DNA of 64,000 bases from a plasmid: sequence record NZ_CP029448.1; one strand, written 5' to 3'. The notes below the pieces were generated by a model, which saw only the letters and a list, made by a program, of their open reading frames with translations, had not been told where the DNA came from and ran no database searches. The translations under genes and the position numbers were made by a program. This document shows, one piece after another, positions 1 to 9,351 of this stretch (its first letter is position 1; each line of letters starts with the position of its first letter).

Positions 1-172
1 ATCAGGATGCGCCGCTTTCACCGTGGCGATAAATGCCCGCCACTCTGAGAGCCTGAACGTGAATTCGATAAAGACCGAATTGACGTTCCGGAGTGTGTGC
101 ATTCTCACCCCCGTTCTATATCGCCCGACATCATCTTTCGCGGAGGGCAGCTTTTAGCATCAGCCGTGGCGA

Positions 173-216
173 AAATAAAGGGGTGTATAAACGCTTTGCG
201 CCCCTTTATTTTCTCC
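173..216. terminator. GC-rich hairpin (aaataaagggg ... cccctttattt) followed by a T-tract; intrinsic-terminator-like
   Basis: Inverted repeat with ~11-bp arms read directly; T-run after the stem. Confidence 0.4.
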
Positions 217-293
217 CCGTCGGCTGCAAATTGCCCTGTGCCGCTCAGTGATGAAGTCGAACGATTTAATAAAACGCGAAGGAGAAAACCAGC

Positions 294-824
294 ATGCACA
301 CAATTAACGTCAACACCGCCACTCGTGAATCAGACGAACAATTTAAAACAGACAAGTATCTGCGCTATGCAGTAATCGACAGTGATGAACGTCAGGATTT
401 TATCCCGGCACTCTTTGCCACCCCGTCAGCGGATAATATGGCCGCGAGCTGGTTACGCCAGCATTCCGATTACGACGGCGGGTTATGGTCTTACTGGATT
501 GTTCCGCAGGGAGTCGGAGGAAATATTACGCCCAACCGCATCCAGTTCATCACCACGCAGACCGGATATATCGCGCCGGAAGGTGAGCAGCGTTACAGGA
601 TGCGCATTCCTGGAAATTATTTTGAGGGTGAAGTCAGCGCCGATGCAGCAGGAATTATTGCCACGCTGATGATTATGAACCGGCTGTCCTGGCAGGTGGC
701 TGAGATGGGACCGGAATATGCCCGTGTCTGTAGACATCTCGTTTCACGGCAGGATGCGCTGAAGGTTTATCTCAGTATTATTCATCATCCCGAAAGCCAT
801 TTAATCTGGCGGGCGATTGATTAG
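294..824 (+). CDS. hypothetical leading-region protein (176 aa)
   Basis: Clean ORF with an RBS (aaggag at 281-286). It lies on the leading-region side of gene X and oriT. Family not recognised. Confidence 0.5.
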   Translation: MHTINVNTATRESDEQFKTDKYLRYAVIDSDERQDFIPALFATPSADNMAASWLRQHSDYDGGLWSYWIVPQGVGGNITPNRIQFITTQTGYIAPEGEQRYRMRIPGNYFEGEVSADAAGIIATLMIMNRLSWQVAEMGPEYARVCRHLVSRQDALKVYLSIIHHPESHLIWRAID

Positions 825-863
825 CGGATTTTCCGAAAAAAAAAGACCTCATGGAGGAGGTCT

Positions 864-1343
864 TTACTTTTTAACAGGTCGGGGTTGTCCGGGATTTTTA
901 TTTGTTTTGATGGCCCTGTAGATGGCCTCAATCTTTCTCGCATACACCAGTCGTCGCATGGCCTGCCTGTCCGTTCTGCGGAACCCCGCATTGTAGGCAC
1001 CGACCGCCTCCCAGCTGACGCCCCATTTCTTAAACGCCAGTGCCAGATAATACGCACCGGTGTAAATATTCAGACAGGCATCTGTCAGAAGCTGTTCCGG
1101 TTTAATACCGTATTGCGAAAGTTGAGTATGGTGCTGCGAATCGATTTGCATCAGTCCGGCACCATATCCTGTTCCCGGGTTTTTCCCGATGGCATTCACC
1201 ACCCATTTTGACTCTTGCCATGAAATAGCCCGGAGCAGATCCGGATCTATTCGGTAATCCCGTCCAGCCATATCAAAACAATCCGTGGCCCATGCAGGTG
1301 TGGATAATAACAGCAGGGCTGCAAATGCCAGTTTTTTTCTCAA
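864..1343 (-). CDS. lytic transglycosylase of the F leading region (gene X / orf169-like, Slt domain)
   Basis: 159 aa with a signal peptide and the motif ...ISWQESKW...GLMQI.... Divergent from traM across oriT, as in F. Confidence 0.85.
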   Translation of the reverse strand: MRKKLAFAALLLLSTPAWATDCFDMAGRDYRIDPDLLRAISWQESKWVVNAIGKNPGTGYGAGLMQIDSQHHTQLSQYGIKPEQLLTDACLNIYTGAYYLALAFKKWGVSWEAVGAYNAGFRRTDRQAMRRLVYARKIEAIYRAIKTNKNPGQPRPVKK

Positions 1344-1772
1344 AAGACTCCCTCCGGGCCGATTCCTGTAAATACGTTAACCCAGACCAGAACCAGACTC
1401 AACAAATATGCACTCCTCACCACAAAATCACCACACCCCACGCAAAATTAATATTTTGCAGATTTGGCATTTGAAACAGTGAGTTAAGGAAAAAATAATG
1501 TGCAGCACATTATTTAATGTGCTAAAGCGATTCGCTTATGAATCTGAAGCGATTCGTTAATGAATTGCACGCGATTCAGTAGAGACTAATTTTTCTAAAA
1601 ACATGTGTTTACAAGTATCGTGAATCTATATTAGATTCGTCAAAAATCGAACAGTGATTCGTGAGGGGATTCATCATTCTGTTGTGATGAATCTAATGGT
1701 GAATCGTGCAGAAAACCGCTTCTTCAATATGTTGTATATGTCTTAAGTCTCCGGGTATAAATAAGAGGGTAT
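1344..1772. other. oriT: oriT: nic region plus TraM/TraY/IHF binding-site array
   Basis: Minus-strand gcgtggggtgt|ggtgatttt at 1427-1443 matches the F nic motif GGGGTGT^GGTG, with the nick inferred between 1433 and 1432. Repeated GATTCG/GAATC motifs at 1520-1730 resemble the sbmA-C TraM binding sites. Confidence 0.8.
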
Positions 1773-2165
1773 ATGGCTAAAATTCAGGTGTACGTTAATG
1801 ATAATGTTTCTGAGAAAATCAATGCAATTGCCGTTCAGAGGCGTGCAGAAGGTGCAAAGGAGAAAGATATCAGCTATTCAAGCATTGCATCCATGTTACT
1901 TGAACTCGGGTTGCGTGTATATGAAGCACAACTGGAGCGCAAGGAGTCAGGCTTTAATCAAATGGCCTTTAATAAGGCCTTGCTTGAAAGTGTCATAAAG
2001 ACTCAGTTTTCAGTGAATAAAGTTCTGGGTATTGAGTGCCTGAGTCCCCATGTTAAAGACGATCCCCGGTGGCAATGGAAGGGAATGGTTCAAAATATCC
2101 AGGAGGATGTTCAGGAAATCATGCACCGATTTTTCCCTGAAGATGAGAGTGAAGGCGAGGAATAG
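1773..2165 (+). CDS. traM: TraM, relaxosome accessory protein
   Basis: 130 aa; MAKIQVYV..EKINAIA..RR.EGA.EKD.S.S..ASMLLELGLRV is near-identical in pattern to F TraM. Confidence 0.95.
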   Translation: MAKIQVYVNDNVSEKINAIAVQRRAEGAKEKDISYSSIASMLLELGLRVYEAQLERKESGFNQMAFNKALLESVIKTQFSVNKVLGIECLSPHVKDDPRWQWKGMVQNIQEDVQEIMHRFFPEDESEGEE

Positions 2166-2324
2166 AATAAGACTTTTCGTATGATGCATCTTGTTAGCTG
2201 GTAATTATGTTTTTATTGTTATCGTAAAAATTATTGTTCTTTTCTTGATAGTTATTTCAGTATAAAGATCTGCTTTAATTTGATGACTTTGTAGGAAGTG
2301 AGATTTATAATTTAAACGTAGTTT

Positions 2325-2403
2325 AAAATTTGTGAAACATTGGTGTAGAGAGGTATCAGCTCCCTACACCAACTATCCATAGAAACCTTCTAAGGAGGCA
2401 CCT
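2325..2403 (-). ncRNA. finP: putative FinP antisense RNA over the traJ 5' UTR/RBS
   Basis: Position is equivalent to finP in F. A stem-loop, ggtgtagagag-gtatcag-ctccctacacc, sits just upstream of the traJ RBS. Boundaries are approximate. Confidence 0.35.
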
Positions 2404-3105
2404 ATGTGTGCGATGGATCGTAGTGGTGATGACAGAGTAAGTCAATCAGTAAAGGATGTTCTTCTTCACATAAAAGAACTGTATCATTCTTCACCAGTTT
2501 CTGTGTGTGTCAGAAACTCTGAAAGAGAATTCCTCTATAAAAACACTTCATTTGACCAGTTGTATGCTTATCTATTAAATAAAGAAAAATCTAATTTCAA
2601 AAATGTTGTACCAATAGAGGTTGATGTGTTCCTCTTGAGGCTAGAGGTTGAGTGTAGCTTACTTGGGAATGGTGGTGTTTTAAGTAAGTCCTTTTCTAAT
2701 AAAGGAACTGGCTTTAACGTTTATATGGAATGCCGCCAGGCAGAAAACGGTGATATTATCGTGATTTGGATGCTTAATTTGTTAATAATTAGGCCTCTTG
2801 CAGGATTTAGAGTTTTTAAACAGGACCTACATTCCAGAAAAAAATTTGATGAATTAATAAGCCGTTTAACTGATAAAAACCTCATAACACTCTCCTTTTA
2901 TATGTCCGGGTTTGATGTTTCAGAAATATCAATTGCTATGAACGTTGAAACAAAAACCATTGATTCAAGAATCGAGAGATCAAAAAAACTAATTAAGCAG
3001 TATTACCCCTCATTTGTTCAGTTTAAATATGAATGTTTCCGTAACAAGGCAATATACTTTTTTATTGAACAAACACTCGATTATCTTTTGTTAGAGCTTT
3101 GTTAA
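2404..3105 (+). CDS. traJ: TraJ, transfer operon activator
   Basis: 233 aa, AT-rich, positioned between traM and traY, with an RBS (aaggagg). Confidence 0.8.
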   Translation: MCAMDRSGDDRVSQSVKDVLLHIKELYHSSPVSVCVRNSEREFLYKNTSFDQLYAYLLNKEKSNFKNVVPIEVDVFLLRLEVECSLLGNGGVLSKSFSNKGTGFNVYMECRQAENGDIIVIWMLNLLIIRPLAGFRVFKQDLHSRKKFDELISRLTDKNLITLSFYMSGFDVSEISIAMNVETKTIDSRIERSKKLIKQYYPSFVQFKYECFRNKAIYFFIEQTLDYLLLELC

Positions 3106-3189
3106 AAAAGTGAGGGGGATTTCCTGTATTCCCCCCCAATCAAATCTATGCAATGATTTGACTATGAGATCTCTAATCGGAGAAGTTGT

Positions 3190-3390
3190 GTGTCAAAGCG
3201 TTATACCAACACTGGAAATAAAAATATTGTTTCCGTTTACCTTGATGACGACACTCATGCAGTTTTAGTTAGCGCAAAGAACCGTAGTGGCAGAACTAAA
3301 TCAACCGAGGTCGCGATGCGTCTCAAAGATCATCTGAGACGCTTTCCAAACTATATCTTTTCTGAACAACGAGAGGAGGAAGAAAGATAG
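3190..3390 (+). CDS. traY: TraY, ribbon-helix-helix oriT-binding protein (GTG start)
   Basis: 66 aa, positioned between traJ and traA. GTG start with ggagaag 5-11 nt upstream. Confidence 0.75.
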   Translation: MSKRYTNTGNKNIVSVYLDDDTHAVLVSAKNRSGRTKSTEVAMRLKDHLRRFPNYIFSEQREEEER

Positions 3391-3458
3391 TAATTTAATC
3401 AACTAAATACAGATGTGATTTTCAACTAACGTATACATTCTCTTTAAAGGAAATAAAT

Positions 3459-3827
3459 ATGAATGCTGTATTAAGTATTCAGGGAAATACTTTCTCTGAA
3501 GAAACCAAACCGTCTTTTCTGTCACGTGTTTTCAACAAAAAGTCAGCCCTGAAAGTGACCAAGGCTGTGCTGCCGGTAGCCGCTCTGGCGGCGTTCTTCC
3601 CGGACGCCGCGATGGCCACCACCACGGCGACCGACCTGATGAAATCCGGGGATGCTACCGTTAAAGGCACGTTCGGTAAGTCTTCCAGCGTCGTCAAGTG
3701 GGTGGTTCTGGCTGAAGTCGTAGCAGGCGGCATCATGTACATGATGACCAAAAACGTGAAGTTCCTGTTCGGCTTCGCCATCATTTCGACCTTTATTACC
3801 ATCGGTATGTCGGTCGCCGGTTACTGA
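3459..3827 (+). CDS. traA: TraA propilin (F-pilin)
   Basis: 122 aa. MNAVLS.QG... leader and mature region ...[31 protein letters not shown] closely resemble F pilin. Confidence 0.95.
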   Translation: MNAVLSIQGNTFSEETKPSFLSRVFNKKSALKVTKAVLPVAALAAFFPDAAMATTTATDLMKSGDATVKGTFGKSSSVVKWVVLAEVVAGGIMYMMTKNVKFLFGFAIISTFITIGMSVAGY

Positions 3828-3837
3828 CAGGAAATAC

Positions 3838-4146
3838 GTGATGACGGGAGACGAATTAAAGAAATACCGTTTCCCGGAAACACTGACTAACCAGAGCCGC
3901 TGGTTTGGCTTATATCTTGATGAACTTATCCCGGCAGGGATTTGTCTCGGCTGGGGTTTCTGGACCAGTAAGTTCTTATTTGGTATAGCTGCAGCGGCAC
4001 TGGTTTTCTGGGGTATCAAGAAACTGAAAAAAGGGCGGGGCAGTTCCTGGTTACGCGACCTGATTTACTGGTATCTGCCCACCTCCCTTCTTAAAGGTTT
4101 CTTTCATGATGTTCCGGACTCCTGTTTCCGGCAGTGGATTAAATAA
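3838..4146 (+). CDS. traL: TraL pilus assembly protein
   Basis: 102-aa membrane protein at the F traL position. Confidence 0.85.
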   Translation: MMTGDELKKYRFPETLTNQSRWFGLYLDELIPAGICLGWGFWTSKFLFGIAAAALVFWGIKKLKKGRGSSWLRDLIYWYLPTSLLKGFFHDVPDSCFRQWIK

Positions 4147-4165
4147 ATCAACGGGGAAATAACAT

Positions 4166-4732
4166 ATGGAACATGGTGCCAGACAAAGTACCACGCGTGT
4201 TATCGCCGTGGGGTTTATCTGTCTGGGGACGCTTTTTACCCTCAGCCTTGCGACAAATATCATACAGAGCATTAATAACTATCGCCTGCAGACAGAACAG
4301 AAAGTGGTAGTCACGCCAATGTTGTTCAGCGCGCCATTTGCTGTATCACAGAATCAGGCGGACGCGTCATATCTGGAGCAGCTGGGCCTGAGCTTTATTG
4401 CATTACGTCTTAACGTCACGCCGGAAACGGTCGAAGCCAAGCATGCCCAGCTGCTCCGGTATGTTTTTCCCGGGGCGCAGAACAGCCTCAAAATCCAGCT
4501 GGCAGAAGATGCTAAGCGGATAAAAGACAATAATGTGAATGCCTCTTTTTATATGACGTCTGTCCGTGCGTACCCGGCTGAAAATCGGGTGGATATCCGC
4601 GGAGAACTGAAAACGTGGATAGGGGATTCTGCCCCCTACAGTGAAATTAAAAGTTACGTCCTGCAGTTTAATCGTGTGGATGGTGTCAGCTGGCTGGCGC
4701 GTTTTGGAGAAATAAATAATGAAAAACATTAA
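4166..4732 (+). CDS. traE: TraE (VirB5/8-like pilus assembly)
   Basis: 188 aa starting MEHGAR.ST.RV, colinear with F TraE. Confidence 0.9.
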   Translation: MEHGARQSTTRVIAVGFICLGTLFTLSLATNIIQSINNYRLQTEQKVVVTPMLFSAPFAVSQNQADASYLEQLGLSFIALRLNVTPETVEAKHAQLLRYVFPGAQNSLKIQLAEDAKRIKDNNVNASFYMTSVRAYPAENRVDIRGELKTWIGDSAPYSEIKSYVLQFNRVDGVSWLARFGEINNEKH

Positions 4733-5453
4733 CCCGTTATTTCTCTCCGGTTGCCTGTTTTTTTCGCTACCTGCGATATCGGCCACCCTCAGCGGTACGC
4801 TGGCGCCGACCGTTGTTCCCCTGGCGAACGGCGGGCAGGCAAACATCGCCGTGAGTAACACGGACCCCAACCTCTTCACCGTTTCCGGTGACCGTATTAC
4901 TGCAATTAACAGTCTGGACGGTGGTCTGACAAACCAGGAGCAGACCGACAGCGGTGGCGCCATTCTGGCCACGGTCAGCAAAAAACCGTTCACCTTTATT
5001 GTGGAAACCGAGCGCGGACTGAACTTTTCCATCCGGGCGGTACCACGCGCCGGGGTTGGCCGGACTATCCAGCTGGTCTCCGAGCTCGTGGGGACACCGG
5101 GTCCCGCTAAATCATGGGAAGAATCCGGTCCGTATGAAGGTATTCTGGTTTCTCTTAACCGTGCTGTTCGCCAGGGTCAGATCCCTGATGAATACCAGGC
5201 TGTTCCTGTCACATCGGAATCACTGCAGGTGCCCGCTGGTCTGCGTGCGACAGCGGAAAAAGTCTGGACCGGGCATCACCTGAAAGTGGTGCGCTACAGC
5301 CTCGAAAATATCAGTTTTTCGCCCCGAATGATCCGCGAAAGCGATTTCTGGCAACCCGGCACCCGCGCCATCATGCTCAGCAGCCCTGCTGGCCAGCTGA
5401 CCGGTGGTGGCCGGATGCAGGTCTGGATCACCACCTCTGAAGGGGGGCGCTGA
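4719..5453 (+). CDS. traK: TraK (VirB9-like)
   Basis: 244 aa with a signal peptide, overlapping traE and traB as in F. Confidence 0.9.
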   Translation: MKNINPLFLSGCLFFSLPAISATLSGTLAPTVVPLANGGQANIAVSNTDPNLFTVSGDRITAINSLDGGLTNQEQTDSGGAILATVSKKPFTFIVETERGLNFSIRAVPRAGVGRTIQLVSELVGTPGPAKSWEESGPYEGILVSLNRAVRQGQIPDEYQAVPVTSESLQVPAGLRATAEKVWTGHHLKVVRYSLENISFSPRMIRESDFWQPGTRAIMLSSPAGQLTGGGRMQVWITTSEGGR

Positions 5454-6874
5454 TGGCCAACTTCAATACGATCATCAAACGTAAGCAGTACCTGTGGCTG
5501 GGCCTCATTCTGGTCGGTGGCGCGGGCGCCATCGGGGGGGGAATGTATCTTTCTGACCTGAACCTGAGTTCGGAAGAAGAGGCCCCTGTGCAGGGAGAGC
5601 CGGCCCCGGATATGACCGGTGTGGTTGACAGTAATTTCAACAGCAAAGTGGAGCAGCATGCGACAACGGAGATGCAGGCCACTGCTGCGGACCTGAACAA
5701 GCGCTTTGGCGCGCTGCAGGGCGAAGTGGACATACTGAGTAAGGGCCGTGCTGCCGATCAGGTTCGTATCGAGCAACTCAGCAATGAGAATGCCGCGATG
5801 CAGGAGCAACTGAGGACGCTGGGCGTCAGGCCATCCGTTCCTGGTGGAGAGCCGGCGCCGACCCCTCCCTCTCCGGCACCCGGGCCGGAAGGTGAACCGC
5901 AACCGGCAAATTATCCGCCACAGCCTGGTGGTGCGGTACCACCGCCGACCGCTTTCTATCCGGGTAACGGTACTGTGCAACCCCCGCAGGTCAGTTATCA
6001 GTCTGTACCGGTACCGAACCAGATCAACCGTAAAACGTTCATCTACAACAAAGGGAAAAAGGGCAGGGAGCTGCCGTATATCCCGTCAGGCAGTTTTGCG
6101 AAAAGCAGCCTGATCGAAGGCGCCGATGCGAATGCTTCCGTGACCGGGAATGAATCAACCGTACCGATGCAGTTACGCATCATCGGTCGGGTGGAAATGC
6201 CGAACAGTAAAACCTATGACCTGACCGGCTGCTTTGTCGGACTGGAAGCCTGGGGGGATGTCTCCAGTGAGCGTGCCATTGTCCGGACCCGCAATATCAG
6301 CTGCATCAAAGGGGATAAAACCATCGACCAGCCGATTAACGGTCACGTCTCATTTATGGGCAAGAACGGTGTGAAAGGCGAGGTGGTGATGCGTAACGGC
6401 AAAATCCTCGGCTGGGCCTGGGGCGCAGGCTTTGTTGACGGGATTGGTCAGGGCATGGAGCGGGCTTCGCAACCTGCTGTTGGCCTGGGTGCAACGGCAT
6501 CCGTTGGCGCCGGTGACGTGCTGAAAATGGGGATTGGCGGCGGGGCATCCAAAGCCGCACAGACCCTGAGTGAGTATTACATCAAACGCGCTGAACAGTA
6601 TCACCCGATCATCCCGATTGGTGCCGGTAACGAAGTCACGGTGGTGTTCCAGGACGGTTTCCAGCTGAAAACCATTGAAGAGCTGGAAGCGGAAAAGAAC
6701 GGGCAACAGCAGGCGCAGAACCAGGCACAACCTGAACAACCCGAGAGCAGGTCGCAGCAATCCGGCGGGAACCTCAATGGTTTTAATACCGATGAGATGC
6801 TGAAGAAACTGGGCAAGCTTGACCCGCGTGAGTTCTCGCCGGGGGCTGCACCTCAGGGAGATAACAATGGTTAA
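5453..6874 (+). CDS. traB: TraB (VirB10-like)
   Basis: 473 aa with an N-terminal TM segment, Pro-rich linker and VirB10-like C-terminal domain. Confidence 0.9.
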   Translation: MANFNTIIKRKQYLWLGLILVGGAGAIGGGMYLSDLNLSSEEEAPVQGEPAPDMTGVVDSNFNSKVEQHATTEMQATAADLNKRFGALQGEVDILSKGRAADQVRIEQLSNENAAMQEQLRTLGVRPSVPGGEPAPTPPSPAPGPEGEPQPANYPPQPGGAVPPPTAFYPGNGTVQPPQVSYQSVPVPNQINRKTFIYNKGKKGRELPYIPSGSFAKSSLIEGADANASVTGNESTVPMQLRIIGRVEMPNSKTYDLTGCFVGLEAWGDVSSERAIVRTRNISCIKGDKTIDQPINGHVSFMGKNGVKGEVVMRNGKILGWAWGAGFVDGIGQGMERASQPAVGLGATASVGAGDVLKMGIGGGASKAAQTLSEYYIKRAEQYHPIIPIGAGNEVTVVFQDGFQLKTIEELEAEKNGQQQAQNQAQPEQPESRSQQSGGNLNGFNTDEMLKKLGKLDPREFSPGAAPQGDNNG

Positions 6875-7028
6875 TACAGGAAAAATCGGGGAGAAGAAAA
6901 GTCTGTCAGTTCCTCAATCTGCAAATTATTTAGACCCGAAAATTTATGAAGAGCTTATAAGAACTGCTGACAGTGTCGCTGAGGCTGTATTCAGGAACAG
7001 TTACTGGAAATTAATTTTTAATAAATAA
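6867..7028 (+). CDS. small hypothetical protein in the traP/trbD slot
   Basis: ORF between traB and traV. Too small and non-membrane to be TraP. Confidence 0.3.
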   Translation: MVNTGKIGEKKSLSVPQSANYLDPKIYEELIRTADSVAEAVFRNSYWKLIFNK

Positions 7029-7047
7029 ACAGAGGACAGGTGAATAT

Positions 7048-7617
7048 ATGAAGGAATTAATAATGTTAATTCCTCTGGGCAGCGCTTTGCTTTTAACAGG
7101 GTGCGCGGGCACAGAGACGGAGTTCGAATGTAATGCCACGACATCGGATACCTGTATGACGATGGAGCAGGCAAATGAGAAGGCGAAAGCAAAAGAGGAA
7201 AGTGCTTCGGCAAAGCCGGCTGCGGCCGGGTTGCTACGACTGGCTGACGGCAATTTCAGAACGACGTCGCCGGGTTCATACCCGTTGCCGCCACAACCCG
7301 GGTTTGTGAAAACAAAAAGTGCATCGGTTGCGCCGGTAAATAAAAGCAATTCCGGTTTGCTGAATAATACCGCTGCGGCAGCCAGACCGGTTTATACCGT
7401 GAATACGGTTATGCCGTCAGTGCGTCCGGTAACGGTATCAACCCTGACTTCACCGCCGACGGTACCCGGCCAATATCCGCGTCCCCTGAGAAAGGGGGAA
7501 CAGATAACGTCGTTGTGGGTGGCACCCTATATCGACACCGATGATGTTTATCACCAGCCGTCGACGGTTTTATTTGTTGTCACACCATCGGCATGGGGTC
7601 AGCCCCGCATTAACTAA
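7048..7617 (+). CDS. traV: TraV outer-membrane lipoprotein
   Basis: 189 aa with lipobox LLLTGC, at the F traV position. Confidence 0.85.
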   Translation: MKELIMLIPLGSALLLTGCAGTETEFECNATTSDTCMTMEQANEKAKAKEESASAKPAAAGLLRLADGNFRTTSPGSYPLPPQPGFVKTKSASVAPVNKSNSGLLNNTAAAARPVYTVNTVMPSVRPVTVSTLTSPPTVPGQYPRPLRKGEQITSLWVAPYIDTDDVYHQPSTVLFVVTPSAWGQPRIN

Positions 7618-7728
7618 TTAACAGCGCCGTAAATGGCGCTGTGAAGACGCAATGAATACCGGATTTAAAACGAGTGCCCTGTGCGTTGAAAGGGATGGGC
7701 GGTAGCGTGTTTTATAGCAGGAGAGATT

Positions 7729-8007
7729 ATGGACAATAATAAGGCTTTGCTTTCTTTATGTGTGCTGTCGGTCGTGTTGATGAGTGCTGTGTTAGTTTTT
7801 AAGCAAACCCAACCCGGCAATGACGATTTAATTAAAGACGGGAAGTACTGGACCACTGCGTGTTCCCTCAAAGAAGTTGATATCCCCACAGGAATGTTTA
7901 CCAGTAACATTAATCGACTGGATTGTTCAGGTGTTGTTGTGAATGTAGTGACGGATAAATACGATCAGGCAGTATCCGCGTATAACAAATCTAAAAATCA
8001 GGGGTGA
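7729..8007 (+). CDS. small membrane-anchored protein, paralog A
   Basis: 92 aa. C-terminal domain GKYW.T.C.L.EV.I..G.F......LDC.GV..NV...KY is shared with the 8092..8493 ORF. Confidence 0.6.
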   Translation: MDNNKALLSLCVLSVVLMSAVLVFKQTQPGNDDLIKDGKYWTTACSLKEVDIPTGMFTSNINRLDCSGVVVNVVTDKYDQAVSAYNKSKNQG

Positions 8008-8091
8008 TACAGGATGATTAAAGCGAAAATACTGGAATCAAAACCTGTGAGCCACGGAACGATACTTTGAGAAACTATTCAGGAGAGTGAA

Positions 8092-8493
8092 ATGAACGCA
8101 TTTTACTATGGTATCAATCTGGGATGGATAGCGGGAATATTTCTGGCACTCTTTATTGTAGGGGGCATCCTGGCAGCATCAATGTGTGCAATCCCACAGA
8201 AGTATCAAAGCCGTTTAAATGCTGGAAACACCTTTATCTGGAGCTCACTGGCCGCCGTGGTGGGACTGGCTGGGATACTCCCGATCCTGATTATGACGGT
8301 ATCAATGGATGACCTGGAAGCGGGTAAACACTGGCAAACAGAATGCAAGCTAATGGAAGTCAACATTCGGGATGGCGCCTTTTCAGAGGCTGTGAATAAG
8401 TTAGATTGCGCCGGGGTTATCATCAATGTACCTTCCGAAAAATATTATCGTTATATCTCTGAGTGGCAATTGTATAAGGCTAAAAACAAATGA
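8092..8493 (+). CDS. small membrane protein, paralog B
   Basis: 133 aa with two N-terminal TM helices and the same Cys-containing C-terminal domain as 7729..8007. Confidence 0.6.
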   Translation: MNAFYYGINLGWIAGIFLALFIVGGILAASMCAIPQKYQSRLNAGNTFIWSSLAAVVGLAGILPILIMTVSMDDLEAGKHWQTECKLMEVNIRDGAFSEAVNKLDCAGVIINVPSEKYYRYISEWQLYKAKNK

Positions 8494-8789
8494 AATCAGA
8501 TGAGGCGAGCTGGTTTAAACATGCTCTTAATTTGTCTGCAGCAATCATTTTTGCAGGATTCCTGTTTTATCCTGTTTACACGAATTACAGAGATAACAAA
8601 ATGGCGACTGAACAACAGTTGCTGAAAATTTCTCAAGGAACACCCTGTGCGGGAGAGGCTTTTCGGAAGGTGCTTCTTAATAATTCGGAGACGTTAACCC
8701 TTCGCTCAGCGAATAAAATTGCCTCAGAGTGTGACGAGAGGGATAAGCAACTTCAGGTATTAAGTAAAACACGCTCCGATGAGGGGTGA
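8490..8789 (+). CDS. hypothetical membrane-anchored protein
   Basis: 99 aa with an N-terminal TM segment; translationally coupled to the upstream ORF. Confidence 0.5.
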   Translation: MKSDEASWFKHALNLSAAIIFAGFLFYPVYTNYRDNKMATEQQLLKISQGTPCAGEAFRKVLLNNSETLTLRSANKIASECDERDKQLQVLSKTRSDEG

Positions 8790-8875
8790 ATATATCCGTA
8801 GTGGCAATTGCATAAGGCTGGCGATAAATTATTTTACCCGGTTGGCATAATAATTATTAATGAGATTTTTTAATT

Positions 8876-9259
8876 ATGGCTTTGATTAAAAAGTATGGCT
8901 TTCTGCTTATTCCTGCGTTGTACTGGCTCATCTATCTGGGTGTCAGATTGACTTACAACGGACTGGCTGGAGAGTACACACCTGATTTCATTCAGAGTAT
9001 ACGCCATGACGGTGTGTTTATTATCTGCAGCTTACTGGTGTTTTATATTGCCTGTTTAAGAGTTGATGTCAGTGACGGAGAGCTTTCAGGGGTGCTCTTT
9101 TTGGCTGTTATTCTTTTTCATGTTGCTGCATTAATTATCTCGCTTCTTATCTGTTTATGGCAGGGGGCGCTGTTGTCGGATGTTATTTTTATCTGGCAAC
9201 TGGGCACCTCGATGATGATGTTAGTGTTCATCCCTGTACTCACTTTTAGATATGCTTAG
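8876..9259 (+). CDS. hypothetical polytopic membrane protein
   Basis: 127 aa with about 4 TM helices, upstream of traC. Confidence 0.5.
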   Translation: MALIKKYGFLLIPALYWLIYLGVRLTYNGLAGEYTPDFIQSIRHDGVFIICSLLVFYIACLRVDVSDGELSGVLFLAVILFHVAALIISLLICLWQGALLSDVIFIWQLGTSMMMLVFIPVLTFRYA

Positions 9260-9351
9260 TTATCCCATAAAAAATACAGCGTCTGACATGTCTGTTGTTT
9301 GCTGCTTCATCTCTTTTTTTATTATTTAAATGCTCATTAAGGAATGCTCAC

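Noticed and set aside
97-375. Overlapping ORFs 97..375 (+) and 105..299 (-) at the window start
   Set aside because: They have no RBS, overlap each other and the terminator-like hairpin at 173-216, and have odd composition. They are probably non-coding leading-region sequence.
6819-7028. Calling the 69-aa ORF after traB as traP
   Set aside because: TraP is a ~196-aa membrane protein. This ORF is small and non-membrane, and its start is ambiguous (6819 vs 6867). It is kept only as a low-confidence hypothetical.
9295-9351. Upstream start for traC (MFAASSLFLL...)
   Set aside because: Homology to F TraC begins at MRNNLMDTV (9352), so the upstream extension is likely not translated.
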